Source of the DNA: a virus
Reading direction: 5' to 3' (one strand)
DNA length: 64,000 bases
IMG/VR virus record: IMGVR_UViG_3300026382_000009
Span: 32,001 to 96,000 of that record
Under the pieces are notes generated by a model. That model searched no databases. It had not been told where the DNA came from and worked only from the letters and a program-made list of their open reading frames with translations. How positions within the stretch are numbered: the stretch's first letter is position 1; each line of letters opens with the position of its first letter. The position numbers were made by a program, and so were the translations under genes. This document shows positions 49,061-58,333 of this stretch, in pieces.

Positions 49061-49086
49061 TTTTACTCCTTATTTAAAAGAAAAAA

Positions 49087-50124
49087 TCACAGATCAGCTA
49101 AAAGATCTTCCAACTCTTGATCTGTAATATTTGGAGATACTGTTGTTTTAGGTTTTTCTTGAATTGTCTCAGATTTTGGTTCTTCTTTTATTTCTGATGT
49201 TATATTATATTTTGTTTCAGGTTTTATTTCAGGTTTCGTTTCAGATGTTAAATCAGATGATATTTCAGGTTTCACAATAGATTTTTTAAATAATTTTCTA
49301 TTTGGATTGCTAATATCATCATATGGTTCAGTAATAATTTCAGATCCATTTCTTAATAAAAATTCTTCAAGTTCTGTTCCAGCAATAGCTTTTTTAAATT
49401 TTGCTAAAAGTTTTTCATAAGGTTCAAATGTATCTTCACCAAGTATAATTTCATTTAAATCATAACAATTTTCTTCTATAAATCTTCGTGCTTCTTCAGG
49501 ATCTGTAAATAAAGCACTTGGTTTATCAAATGTCGTGTTATCATAATTTGGAAAATCTTTTTTAGACTTTTTAATTCTTACAAGAATCATATTAGCACCA
49601 TCAATTGGATCAAAAACATTTATAGGTTGTATTCCTGCATTTCTTAAATCTTCTGGTGGATTTATTGCTGCTTTAATTTTATCAAGAAGCTTTACACCAT
49701 ATGTCCAATAAAATACTTTTCCATTGTTGTCAGGATTTCCATTATCTTTTACTACATAAATATTACTTGCAAATTTTGTTTTTCTACTAATTTGCTTAGC
49801 AAATTCTTTAGCTTCTTCAGTTCCAATAGCTTGAAGTTCATAATAAATATCAGATACTGGACAAGGTTTTCCAATAGTTTGTGGTGATTTTGCTCTATAA
49901 TATTTTATATTTCCTGTTTTATCTTGAAATCTTATATAATGTTCATAATATTTCACAATAGGAACTTCATTAATATTTTTTTGAGGTAAAAGTCTTATAA
50001 CAGCACTTCCATTTCCTTTTTCATCCGTTGTTAAATCCCACTGTCTTTCATCACCAAATTTCTTTTTCGGTTCAAATACTTGTTGTAATTGTTGTGTTAA
50101 TGTTTCTGTATCAAATAATCCCAT
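49087..50124 (-). CDS. gp32: Single-stranded DNA-binding protein
   Basis: DERQW.L..D..GNGSAVIRLLP, CPV, NIYVVKD..NP.NNGKVF, NYD, acidic tail DLLADL. Confidence 0.92.
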   Translation of the reverse strand: MGLFDTETLTQQLQQVFEPKKKFGDERQWDLTTDEKGNGSAVIRLLPQKNINEVPIVKYYEHYIRFQDKTGNIKYYRAKSPQTIGKPCPVSDIYYELQAIGTEEAKEFAKQISRKTKFASNIYVVKDNGNPDNNGKVFYWTYGVKLLDKIKAAINPPEDLRNAGIQPINVFDPIDGANMILVRIKKSKKDFPNYDNTTFDKPSALFTDPEEARRFIEENCYDLNEIILGEDTFEPYEKLLAKFKKAIAGTELEEFLLRNGSEIITEPYDDISNPNRKLFKKSIVKPEISSDLTSETKPEIKPETKYNITSEIKEEPKSETIQEKPKTTVSPNITDQELEDLLADL

Positions 50125-50200
50125 GTTCGTCCTTTCGTATTATTTTTCGATTTTTTTTCGAATTTTTTCGTAGTTTAACGACATTCCGACAGGTCGAAGA
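50125..50200 (-). promoter_or_regulatory. Candidate autogenous translational operator of the SSB gene
   Basis: Five CGAA units separated by A-rich spacers running into the RBS, preceded by complementary CGAC/GTCG segments. Confidence 0.5.
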
Positions 50201-50890
50201 TTAAAATTCTTTTTTGATAGAAATTAATAATTCAAATGGTTCTTCAATATTTTTTAAATAAGCTATAGGGTTATTTGTCTTAGGATTTCTTTTAATATGA
50301 AATTCATATTCACAGTCTGGAATTTTACTAATATTCATTATATCAAAAACAAATTTATTTTCTTCATTTGAAAGAATATCTTTTTCATAATAATTAGGAT
50401 TTTGAAAATTATTGTTAGCATCAATTGTTGTAATAATTAATTGATGAACAGAAGAATCAATAACTAAATCACTATGACCAAGAATGTTTGATATTTTTTT
50501 AATATGTTTTAAATCTTCTCGCGTTAAATCAAATTTAACTGTTGATGTAACCGATTTAACTTTATCAAAAATGTCAGGTGCAACTGAAAATTTTTCAAGT
50601 AAATTAACACTTGTTGTTTCATATATTTGCTTTAATTTTCCATTATTTATAATAATTTTTTCACCATCTTTTTCTAAAAAGACATTTTCACCAAAATAGT
50701 CAACAAGATTCAAAAATTGAGCTAAATTATAAATACCAAATTTTTCAAATTTTTCTTCATCTAATTCATCTAAATTAATCAAAGCTATTATAGAATAATC
50801 ATTTGTCATTGTTGTTTTTGGATATTCTATAATAACAGAATTAGAAATTTGAATTAATTTTTTCAAAATAGGTATTGTATTTTCTAACAT
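50201..50890 (-). CDS. gp45: Sliding clamp
   Basis: T..ILK....I.NS, FGIYNL.QFL, size, adjacency to gp32. Confidence 0.8.
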   Translation of the reverse strand: MLENTIPILKKLIQISNSVIIEYPKTTMTNDYSIIALINLDELDEEKFEKFGIYNLAQFLNLVDYFGENVFLEKDGEKIIINNGKLKQIYETTSVNLLEKFSVAPDIFDKVKSVTSTVKFDLTREDLKHIKKISNILGHSDLVIDSSVHQLIITTIDANNNFQNPNYYEKDILSNEENKFVFDIMNISKIPDCEYEFHIKRNPKTNNPIAYLKNIEEPFELLISIKKEF

Positions 50891-50899
50891 GGTTATCCT

Positions 50900-51157
50900 T
50901 TAATTAATTGATTGAATTTCAGCTAATGTTTTTTCAAAAATATGTTCTACAATATTTTTTGCCATCTTTTTAGCTGTTTTCTTATTAGAACAAACTCTTT
51001 TTAAAATATCGTCTGTAAATTTTTCTATATATTCTTTTTTTAAATCATTCAAATTATAATTTTTAAAAAGTCCAAATTTATCGTCACCTAAAATAACAAC
51101 TCTTGTATACAAATTAATATCTTCAACAAGTTTATGTTGTAAATCTAATGAAACCAT
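50900..51157 (-). CDS. Hypothetical protein (start corrected to MVSLDL)
   Basis: AAAAGGAG RBS; track start overlaps the promoter. Confidence 0.5.
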   Translation of the reverse strand: MVSLDLQHKLVEDINLYTRVVILGDDKFGLFKNYNLNDLKKEYIEKFTDDILKRVCSNKKTAKKMAKNIVEHIFEKTLAEIQSIN

Positions 51158-51182
51158 CTTAGCTCCTTTTTTCTTTTTTATT

Positions 51183-51210
51183 ATTATATCATATTTTTTC
51201 AAAAAGTAAA
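51183..51210 (-). promoter_or_regulatory. Early promoter TTTACT-N16-TATAAT with extended TG, upstream of the replication operon
   Basis: TTTACTttttgaaaaaatatgaTATAAT. Confidence 0.65.
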
Positions 51211-51306
51211 TAAAATTTAATCATATATTTTAATTCTGAAAAATTTATAACATTTTTTCATAAATATTTCATCAATAAAAATATCATCAATGTTTTGTCC
51301 AAATTT

Positions 51307-51501
51307 TTAAAAAATATCTTTTATAATTTCTTTTATTGCATTTTTATCATATTCATTCAAAGGAAATGCAATAAAAGTTATTTCACCTTTATCCAAACCC
51401 AACGTTAAATTTTTAATGTTATATACATCATTTAAAGTAATTTTTAAAACTTCTTTTAGTTTTTTCTCATTTATTCTTTTTAATAATTCTTCTTTTTTCA
51501 T
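51307..51501 (-). CDS. Small hypothetical protein
   Basis: ORF track; RBS GAGGG. Confidence 0.4.
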   Translation of the reverse strand: MKKEELLKRINEKKLKEVLKITLNDVYNIKNLTLGLDKGEITFIAFPLNEYDKNAIKEIIKDIF

Positions 51502-51502
51502 T

Positions 51503-51895
51503 TTAAATACCCTCTTTTTTCATAATAGTATTTGGATGCAAATCTTTATCGTTTACAATTACACTGGTTAAATGTTTATCATCAATTATTTTATACTCTA
51601 AATCAAAATCTTTTTTTAATAATTCAAACAATTCTTCTAATGAATTAAATTTTGTTATTTCAATATTATCATTTTCGTATACTTTTATATCTCCATCTTC
51701 ATATAATTTTTGAAACATATTTTCATAATTATCTAAATCTATCAATGAACGAATATAAAGCTTACCATTTTCAACAGTCATTATTCCTTTATACTCAACT
51801 TCATTAAATAATGTAATTTTTACTTCATAAGTCATTGTTATATCCTTATTCATGTGGGAATGTAATTTTAAACTTTTTAGTCTTTTCTCATTCAT
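51503..51895 (-). CDS. Hypothetical protein
   Basis: ORF track; AAGGA before internal MTYEV. Confidence 0.45.
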   Translation of the reverse strand: MNEKRLKSLKLHSHMNKDITMTYEVKITLFNEVEYKGIMTVENGKLYIRSLIDLDNYENMFQKLYEDGDIKVYENDNIEITKFNSLEELFELLKKDFDLEYKIIDDKHLTSVIVNDKDLHPNTIMKKEGI

Positions 51896-52442
51896 TTTAA
51901 CTTCTTAAATTTTTCCTGTTCCACCACAATATTGACAATTAATCCATTCTGTTTTTCCCAACAGTCATATGTTTCAATGTAACACACTCCATTACAAACA
52001 TTACATTTCATATTCATCCTTTATTTTGAAATAAAATTTACAAATTCTAACTTTAATCTCTTTATTTGAATTTACATTTTGTTTCATACATTAAAAATAT
52101 TTTTTCTTCAGAAAAAGTTTATTTGATGGAATAAATTCTTTTTTCATAAATTTATAAATTCTTAAAACTCACACAAGATCTTTTATTCTTTGATGAAAAT
52201 TTTTCCTGTGAAACTAAACATTCTTTTTGAAACATTTTCAATATCACTCATATCAAATTTATTTTAAATTTTCATTTTTATTTTTTACTAGTTCTTTAAT
52301 ATTTTCTATAATTTCATCAATTTCATCATAATCTAAATCTATACCGTCTTCTTCTGCATATTCTGGAAGATATATATTCATATCGTCTAATATTTTAACA
52401 AAATCCAAAATCCACAAAGCTTTTTCTTTCATTATTACCCCT

Positions 52443-52628
52443 TTAAAAAGTTTTTTCTATTTTTTTAATTACTTCTTTTATTTTTTCATATTGTGTATAT
52501 TCATCTATTTCTTCTTTGTCATTCAAAGTGAGTTCATAAAAAACATCAAACTTTTCAGATAGAACTTTTTTTCCTAATTCTTCTAATGAAAAAATAATCA
52601 AATCTTTTTCAAATTGTGACAATTTCAT
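52443..52628 (-). CDS. Small hypothetical protein
   Basis: RBS AAGGA. Confidence 0.45.
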   Translation of the reverse strand: MKLSQFEKDLIIFSLEELGKKVLSEKFDVFYELTLNDKEEIDEYTQYEKIKEVIKKIEKTF

Positions 52629-52647
52629 TTTAAATCCTTGAAGTTAC

Positions 52648-52911
52648 TTATAATCTTTTTAAAAATTGTTTATAAAATTCTTTCACAAATTTTAATTCAT
52701 CTTCAAGAGGCATAAATTTTGATTGTGTTTTTTCAAGATAATCAAGATATTTTTCAATGCCTTTTTGTATATGAATTTCTGTTATTTTTTCATTATTTTC
52801 TTCAGCTATTTTTTTCACCATATCAATTATCATTTTAAGTGAATTTATTTTTATTTTATTTTTTTCTTTTTCAGCCTTTAAGAGTTCTTTTTTAAGATCT
52901 TGAAATGTCAT
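52648..52911 (-). CDS. YqeY/GatB-like small protein
   Basis: LKKELLKA.KEKNKIK..SLKM; E...E+..+.EF. Confidence 0.5.
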   Translation of the reverse strand: MTFQDLKKELLKAEKEKNKIKINSLKMIIDMVKKIAEENNEKITEIHIQKGIEKYLDYLEKTQSKFMPLEDELKFVKEFYKQFLKRL

Positions 52912-52941
52912 ATTATCTCCTTGATAATATTTGTAAATACA

Positions 52942-53376
52942 TTATGTTATAAAATCTTCATCTAATATAAATGTATGCAAACTTAAAAATTTATTATCTT
53001 TTTTGTAAGAAATACATAAGACATTTTCTGCTTTACATATAAAAACTTTTTTAATGAATTCTTCTTGTTCACAAAAATAATCTTCCATAATTTCTGATTT
53101 TAACCATAAAGGAGTATCATTCTGTGATTTTAAATTCTCAATAGCACATTCTAAACAACAAAAATTATTTTTTAGATATATTTTTTCAATACTTTTTAAA
53201 ACAAAATAATCAATATATTGCATAAGAACATTAACAAACAATCTTTTAAGTGTTTTTATTTCAACATTTTCAGGATTTTTAAAATTATTTACTCGTGTTT
53301 CCATTTCTTTTGCTGTTAAATATAAACATTTATCAAAATACTTGTTTTCAAAATATTTTTTTATTTTATTTTTCAT
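52942..53376 (-). CDS. Hypothetical protein
   Basis: RBS AAGGAG; CCLEC motif. Confidence 0.45.
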   Translation of the reverse strand: MKNKIKKYFENKYFDKCLYLTAKEMETRVNNFKNPENVEIKTLKRLFVNVLMQYIDYFVLKSIEKIYLKNNFCCLECAIENLKSQNDTPLWLKSEIMEDYFCEQEEFIKKVFICKAENVLCISYKKDNKFLSLHTFILDEDFIT

Positions 53377-53433
53377 ATTTACTCCTTAATAATTTTAAAA
53401 TGAAAAAATTAGTATTTTTATAATTCATAATTT

Positions 53434-53796
53434 TTATTTGCACCAATAAATTTTTACAATATTAGGATATTCACTTAATATTGGAATTCTATGACCCACT
53501 GTGTGAACTTTACAAACCTTTTTGTTTAACATTTCATTTTGTAAATCACTTGAATTAAACTTTCCAATAAACAATCTATCAACATTTTCAAAAACACCTT
53601 CTTTTGTAAAAATAAGATATTTTGTATTTTCTCCTGTAACATTTGTAACAGATTTAATATGAATTATTCTATCTTGTCCATTCGTATAATGTAAAATTAT
53701 AGATGTGATACTTATTAATGTGAAAAAAATTAAAATAATAATTAATTCTATATTACCTTTTCTCATGTTGTATCCTTTTGTTTGTATTTTAAACAT
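53434..53796 (-). CDS. Membrane-anchored phage protein (DUF1523-like)
   Basis: N-terminal TM; VFEN.D...GKFNSSD...G.RIP.LS.YPNI. Confidence 0.6.
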   Translation of the reverse strand: MFKIQTKGYNMRKGNIELIIILIFFTLISITSIILHYTNGQDRIIHIKSVTNVTGENTKYLIFTKEGVFENVDRLFIGKFNSSDLQNEMLNKKVCKVHTVGHRIPILSEYPNIVKIYWCK

Positions 53797-54715
53797 ATTT
53801 CACTGAAAAAATCTTGTTATCATTTAAAAAGCTATTTCCTATTGAAATTACTTTTATAATTCCTTCATTTATAAATTCATTGTAATGATTTCCAAATATT
53901 TTTTCCAATATTGTTTGTAATACAGTAACTTTTTGTTTTAATTTATCTTCAGTAATAAATTTTATTTTATCATTACCATAAACTTTTTTTGCTATAATTT
54001 TATAAGTTTATATAATATCACTTGTAATAACTTTCTTATCTTTTGGATAAATTACAACATAAACATAAGGAAATTTTGATCTTATAAAATAATTTACTAA
54101 AACTTTTTGATCATTCTTTAATTTTTTTATTAATTCAATTTTTAAATTTTTAATTTCTGAAAAATCCTCACAATCAGGAAGAAAATGTATGATTTTTTCA
54201 AGTTCTTTTGAATAATTTTCTAATTCTATAACATTATCAATAAGAAGGTTCAATGCCTTTAGTGATGTATTAATTGTTAATCTGTTTTTTATTGTTCTCT
54301 CAATAAAAGGGAGAGCCTTTTCAAGTTTTGTTAGTGTTGTTCCTATTAATTCAATTAAAATAGGAATTTGATTTGTCAACAACTCACTATTTTCAACAAA
54401 TTTTGTTCTCAAATTTACAAGCAATTCTATATCAATATTTGGACTTGATTCAATTTTATCTATTTGTTTTTGAAGTTCTTTGTTTTCTTCTTCTAATTCT
54501 ACATTTAATTTTTCAAGAATTTGTAAGTACTTTGTCAAATAATTTCTTTTTTCATATAAATAAGATAATGCTATTTCTAAATCTTTAAATTCATTTTTTG
54601 GAAATACTTTATAAATAATTCTTTTTATTAATGGTCTGTGGACAATTTTGTCTAGATTGAGATTAATATCTTGTACAGTCTTTTCTATTTCTGTTGATAA
54701 TTTGGTGAATTCCAT
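53789..54715 (-). pseudogene. Coiled-coil gene interrupted by an in-frame TAA at 54008-54010
   Basis: Frame stays open for 72 further sense codons (TYKIIAKKVYG...VKYV*) with no start or RBS of its own. Confidence 0.5.
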
Positions 54716-54740
54716 TTTAACTCCTTTTCATTTTTTTATA

Positions 54741-54768
54741 ATTATAACACATTTTTAAAAAATGTTAA
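54741..54768 (-). promoter_or_regulatory. Early promoter TTAACA-N16-TATAAT
   Basis: Extended TG.TATAAT; leader+RBS nearly identical to that at 60641-60681. Confidence 0.6.
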
Positions 54769-54939
54769 CATTTTTGTGATTTTTTTGTATGTTTTTTGTT
54801 TTTACACACATACTTTATAAAATATTATTATTTATATAAATATAATTTATCTATGTAAATATTTGCATTTAAAATTCACACATGTAAAAAATATTTTTAT
54901 AGCAACTATAACAAAACATTTTTAAACATACATTTTGTT

Positions 54940-55387
54940 TTAAAAATTTGAATTTTCAAAAATATTTCCAATAATCTCAAAATTTTTTTTCTAATTTATA
55001 TATTGTTTTGTTTTTACTATCTACAACCATAAAACAACAATCATTTTGAATATATTTTACAAATCCAATTTCAGTTACTTCTTCACATGTATACTTATTA
55101 AAGGATGTATTATTTAGACGTTTTATAATTCTTTTTACTATATCTCCTTCATAAATTTCTTTATTGTTTTTATCTTTTAAACCTGTATATTGTCCTATAC
55201 TTTTTTTTCAACTTTAAATATATCTTTATTTTCTTCAAAACCTAATGCATTAACATATATCAAAACATTCATAGATACCTATATATCTTTGTTCTGTTAT
55301 ATAAAATTTATTATTTTCTTGAATTAAATTACCATATATCCATTTATCCAATATTTTTGAAAATCCTCTAAATTTTATTTTTCTCAC
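54940..55387 (-). pseudogene. YopX-family gene broken by frameshifts
   Basis: GTG MRKIKFRG...WIYGNL; GQYTGLKDKNNKEIYEGDIV; FEIIGNIFEN are in successive, different reading frames. Confidence 0.75.
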
Positions 55388-55457
55388 TATAATTCCTTTT
55401 ATCATGTTTTTAATTAAACAATAATTTTATTTTTCAAAATAATATGAAGTTAACATT

Positions 55458-55733
55458 TTATTCAATTATTTTTCTTTCAAATCTGTTACATCCAAATTTT
55501 TCATCAGTAATAATAAAATCATAATTAACTGGATTATTACATAACAATCCTTTTTTAGTTTTTAAAAAATATTTACAACCCCTACATATTTTGCTTTCAA
55601 AATCATCATAAATTTTATCTATTAATTTATAAACAAAACAAGATTTTACAACTTCATCTTCATATTCATCAAAATCATTTTTAACAATTTCTTTGACACA
55701 ATTAATATATTTTTTAGCTTCTTCTCTTGTCAT
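55458..55733 (-). CDS. Small Cys-motif hypothetical protein
   Basis: IDKIYDDFES..C..CKYF...C.....FGCNRFE. Confidence 0.5.
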   Translation of the reverse strand: MTREEAKKYINCVKEIVKNDFDEYEDEVVKSCFVYKLIDKIYDDFESKICRGCKYFLKTKKGLLCNNPVNYDFIITDEKFGCNRFERKIIE

Positions 55734-55804
55734 TTTATTCTCCTTAACAATTTATTGTTTTTGTGTTATAAGTTACAAATGATAATACTAATCCATATAT
55801 CGTT

Positions 55805-56116
55805 TTACTGCTCCAAAAAGAATTTAATTAAATCATCAAAATTTAAAGGTAATTCATCAATTTTTACTTTAATCTCTTTCTCTAAAAAGTGTGACAATCT
55901 TAAACCTTGTTTTTTTATTTCATCTTCAATCTCATAATAAAAATCTTTATTACTAAATCTGTCTGATTCAACCCACAAATGAGTTAGAGAAACTGCTAAA
56001 TATGCTTTTGCAATTATCTTTATTTTTCTTTTAGTTAATTTCATTTTCTTCCTTTTAAATTTGTTACAATCAAAGTTTTCACTAATTAATAAATAATAAT
56101 CACTGTTTGTTACCAT
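55805..56116 (-). CDS. Hypothetical protein (likely start MKLTK)
   Basis: AAAAGGAAG before internal Met. Confidence 0.4.
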   Translation of the reverse strand: MVTNSDYYLLISENFDCNKFKRKKMKLTKRKIKIIAKAYLAVSLTHLWVESDRFSNKDFYYEIEDEIKKQGLRLSHFLEKEIKVKIDELPLNFDDLIKFFLEQ

Positions 56117-56158
56117 ATCACGCAGACTTTTACAACCATTTGTTCCTTTTAAATTTAT

Positions 56159-56383
56159 TTACACCTCCTCTATTTCTTCTTCTAAATATTTCAAAATATC
56201 CTCTTTTGTTTTAAAAACAAATTCTTCTGAAAACCAATCTGTATTTTCTACATAATATTTTATTTCAGAAGTTTCTGGTATATCAATATTGACTTTTATA
56301 CAACATACTTTACTTTTAACAATTTTATTTTTATGAACCACATAACAATCATCACCTATATTTAGTTTTGTTTTTATTATCAT
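56159..56383 (-). CDS. Small phage hypothetical protein
   Basis: IKTK.NIGD.....E..VF.TKED motif common in phage small proteins. Confidence 0.5.
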   Translation of the reverse strand: MIIKTKLNIGDDCYVVHKNKIVKSKVCCIKVNIDIPETSEIKYYVENTDWFSEEFVFKTKEDILKYLEEEIEEV

Positions 56384-56384
56384 T

Positions 56385-57032
56385 TCATTCTCCTTCTAAA
56401 TCAAATCTACCTGAATTAAGAATGTCACAAATTTTCTGAGCATCTTCTCTTGTTCTAAAATATACTTTGTCGGGATTATAAAGCCATTGAAATTCTACCA
56501 CACCCCATTTTTCCACTTCATCTTCTTTAAAAAGTGAAATACCATAAGATAATTTTCCTAATTCAAATTCATACCCTCTACTATTTGGACATTCTTGATC
56601 CCTAAGTGCCAAAAGTCTTGTAAATCTTTTAATAGTTTTAAGAGCTTTTTCAGCTGTTTTTCTATCATTTCTAGTAAATCCATTTTTAATCGCAAAATCA
56701 TATCCACACAAATTTATTTTATCACTTAAACTAACAAGATTATTATAATCTATTGGATTTAATAAATAATTACATTCTTTAAGTTTAATTTTAGGTGATT
56801 TAGGGATTTCAAATTTAATTTCATCCCAGAATAATGTTTGGTTTAAATATTTATTTGTTTTACCATCAAAGTTGTATGCTTTGTGATAACCAAGTGAAGG
56901 AAAATACACTACTATAGGATATTCTTCTGTATTAATATATTTTACAATCCCCCATCCGTATCGAAAATCCCATACTCTATCTCCAATTTTAATTCCATCA
57001 AAATACCTCATTTTTAATTCCTTATTTTTCAA
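56385..57032 (-). CDS. Hypothetical protein
   Basis: KIGDRVWD..YGWG.V, QTLFW.E, VYF.T.E.A motifs. Confidence 0.5.
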   Translation of the reverse strand: MKNKELKMRYFDGIKIGDRVWDFRYGWGIVKYINTEEYPIVVYFPSLGYHKAYNFDGKTNKYLNQTLFWDEIKFEIPKSPKIKLKECNYLLNPIDYNNLVSLSDKINLCGYDFAIKNGFTRNDRKTAEKALKTIKRFTRLLALRDQECPNSRGYEFELGKLSYGISLFKEDEVEKWGVVEFQWLYNPDKVYFRTREDAQKICDILNSGRFDLEGE

Positions 57033-57249
57033 TTATTTTTTCTGAAATTTTAAAATTGTCCTCATTCCAGAACAACACACAACCGACATATCTTAATAAC
57101 TACATATTACAATAAAACTATTAAAAGTATGTTTGTTTCTATTTATCTTCATGTTTGTTACTAAATCTGCAATTTTTTCTCATATAATTATAACACATTT
57201 CCAAAAAACTTCAAAAGGTTTAAATAAAATTCAAAAACCAACTTTAAAT

Positions 57250-57444
57250 TTAATCATTTTTAACTTCTTCTAAAGTTTTATATAAGGCAATAGTAATATT
57301 TTTAGTTAAAACATCAAAAAACTTTTTGGTATCCTCTTTATTTTGTCGAGGAATATCTTTATGTTCAACAATAAATTTACCTAAATAATCCCCTGAATCA
57401 AAAAGTGGAAAAATTAAAAGATTTTCTTTTCTATTAACAATCAT
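57250..57444 (-). CDS. Small hypothetical protein
   Basis: RBS AAAGGA. Confidence 0.4.
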   Translation of the reverse strand: MIVNRKENLLIFPLFDSGDYLGKFIVEHKDIPRQNKEDTKKFFDVLTKNITIALYKTLEEVKND

Positions 57445-57445
57445 T

Positions 57446-57796
57446 TTAATTTTCCTTTAAATTTTTTAAATTATCTAAATCAAGTTCAACTGTAAAATTT
57501 TTATTGAAATTTTCTATAGCTTTTTTAACTTCTTCTATAAGTGTATTCAAAATATCAACAAAAATGTTGTATTCATAATCACGAAATGAATCTTCTATGA
57601 TATCTTTATATACTGAATTATAATTTTTTAAAAAGATAGAAATATTATGACCTTTCTTTAAAAGTCTACTATTTTCAATCACAAATCCTTTTTCTTCTGC
57701 ATATTTTTCAACTATTGATGAAAAATATTTTACTTCTTCATCATTAATAAAAACTTTATTGATTTTTCCTGAAATTACATTTACTTTAAGTTTCAT
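57446..57796 (-). CDS. Hypothetical early protein
   Basis: RBS AAAGGAG; downstream of promoter and repeat element. Confidence 0.5.
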   Translation of the reverse strand: MKLKVNVISGKINKVFINDEEVKYFSSIVEKYAEEKGFVIENSRLLKKGHNISIFLKNYNSVYKDIIEDSFRDYEYNIFVDILNTLIEEVKKAIENFNKNFTVELDLDNLKNLKEN

Positions 57797-57809
57797 TCTT
57801 AACTCCTTT

Positions 57810-57922
57810 AAATTTACTTATCAGAGCCTCTCTGGAGGTCCCTGGTTAATTTTCTAATTATTCTAATATATTTTTTATAATTAAAATTTGAATATTTACC
57901 AGAGAGGCTCCAATAAACAAAT
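57810..57922. repeat. Dispersed inverted-repeat element, copy D
   Basis: AAATTTACTTATCAGAGCCTCTCTGGAGGTCCCTGGTTAATTTT...TACCAGAGAGGCTCCAATAA, colinear with copy B. Confidence 0.9.
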
Positions 57923-57934
57923 ACTAACAATAAA

Positions 57935-57963
57935 ATTATAACATGTTTTTTTCAAAATGTAAA
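57935..57963 (-). promoter_or_regulatory. Early promoter TTTACA-N17-TATAAT
   Basis: Extended TG.TATAAT. Confidence 0.65.
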
Positions 57964-57969
57964 TTAAAA

Positions 57970-58332
57970 TCAAATTCCCATTTCTAATTTTTGCCATTCT
58001 ATAAATAATTTGATATCCCATCTAAAACTTTCAATATTTTTTAAATGTTTTTCTAAATATTCAATGTCATTTTCAAGTTCTTTTAATTTATATTTTAACT
58101 CAATATATTCTTTATCTCTTTCAATAAAATCTTTTATTTCATTTTGTTTCAAAGAAATAGGAAAATCATTTTTATAGTAAAGATATCTTTCCAACCATAA
58201 AGAATCAAGCTCTTTTGAAACTTTTATTAATTCATAACGCTTTTGTTTAATTTCTTTTAAAACTTTTTCATATTCACCAGCAATCTCTCTAAGTTTTTCT
58301 TTTATATTTGTATTATCAAATGTAAAATCCAT
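57970..58332 (-). CDS. uvsY: Recombination mediator UvsY
   Basis: YLYY..., +I..D.E+, C-terminal I....WDIK..IEW.K...G; adjacent to uvsW. Confidence 0.8.
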   Translation of the reverse strand: MDFTFDNTNIKEKLREIAGEYEKVLKEIKQKRYELIKVSKELDSLWLERYLYYKNDFPISLKQNEIKDFIERDKEYIELKYKLKELENDIEYLEKHLKNIESFRWDIKLFIEWQKLEMGI

Positions 58333-58333
58333 T

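Noticed and set aside
53789-54010. Stop-codon reassignment in the genome
   Set aside because: TAA, TAG and TGA all terminate intact core genes; the in-frame TAA is an isolated case
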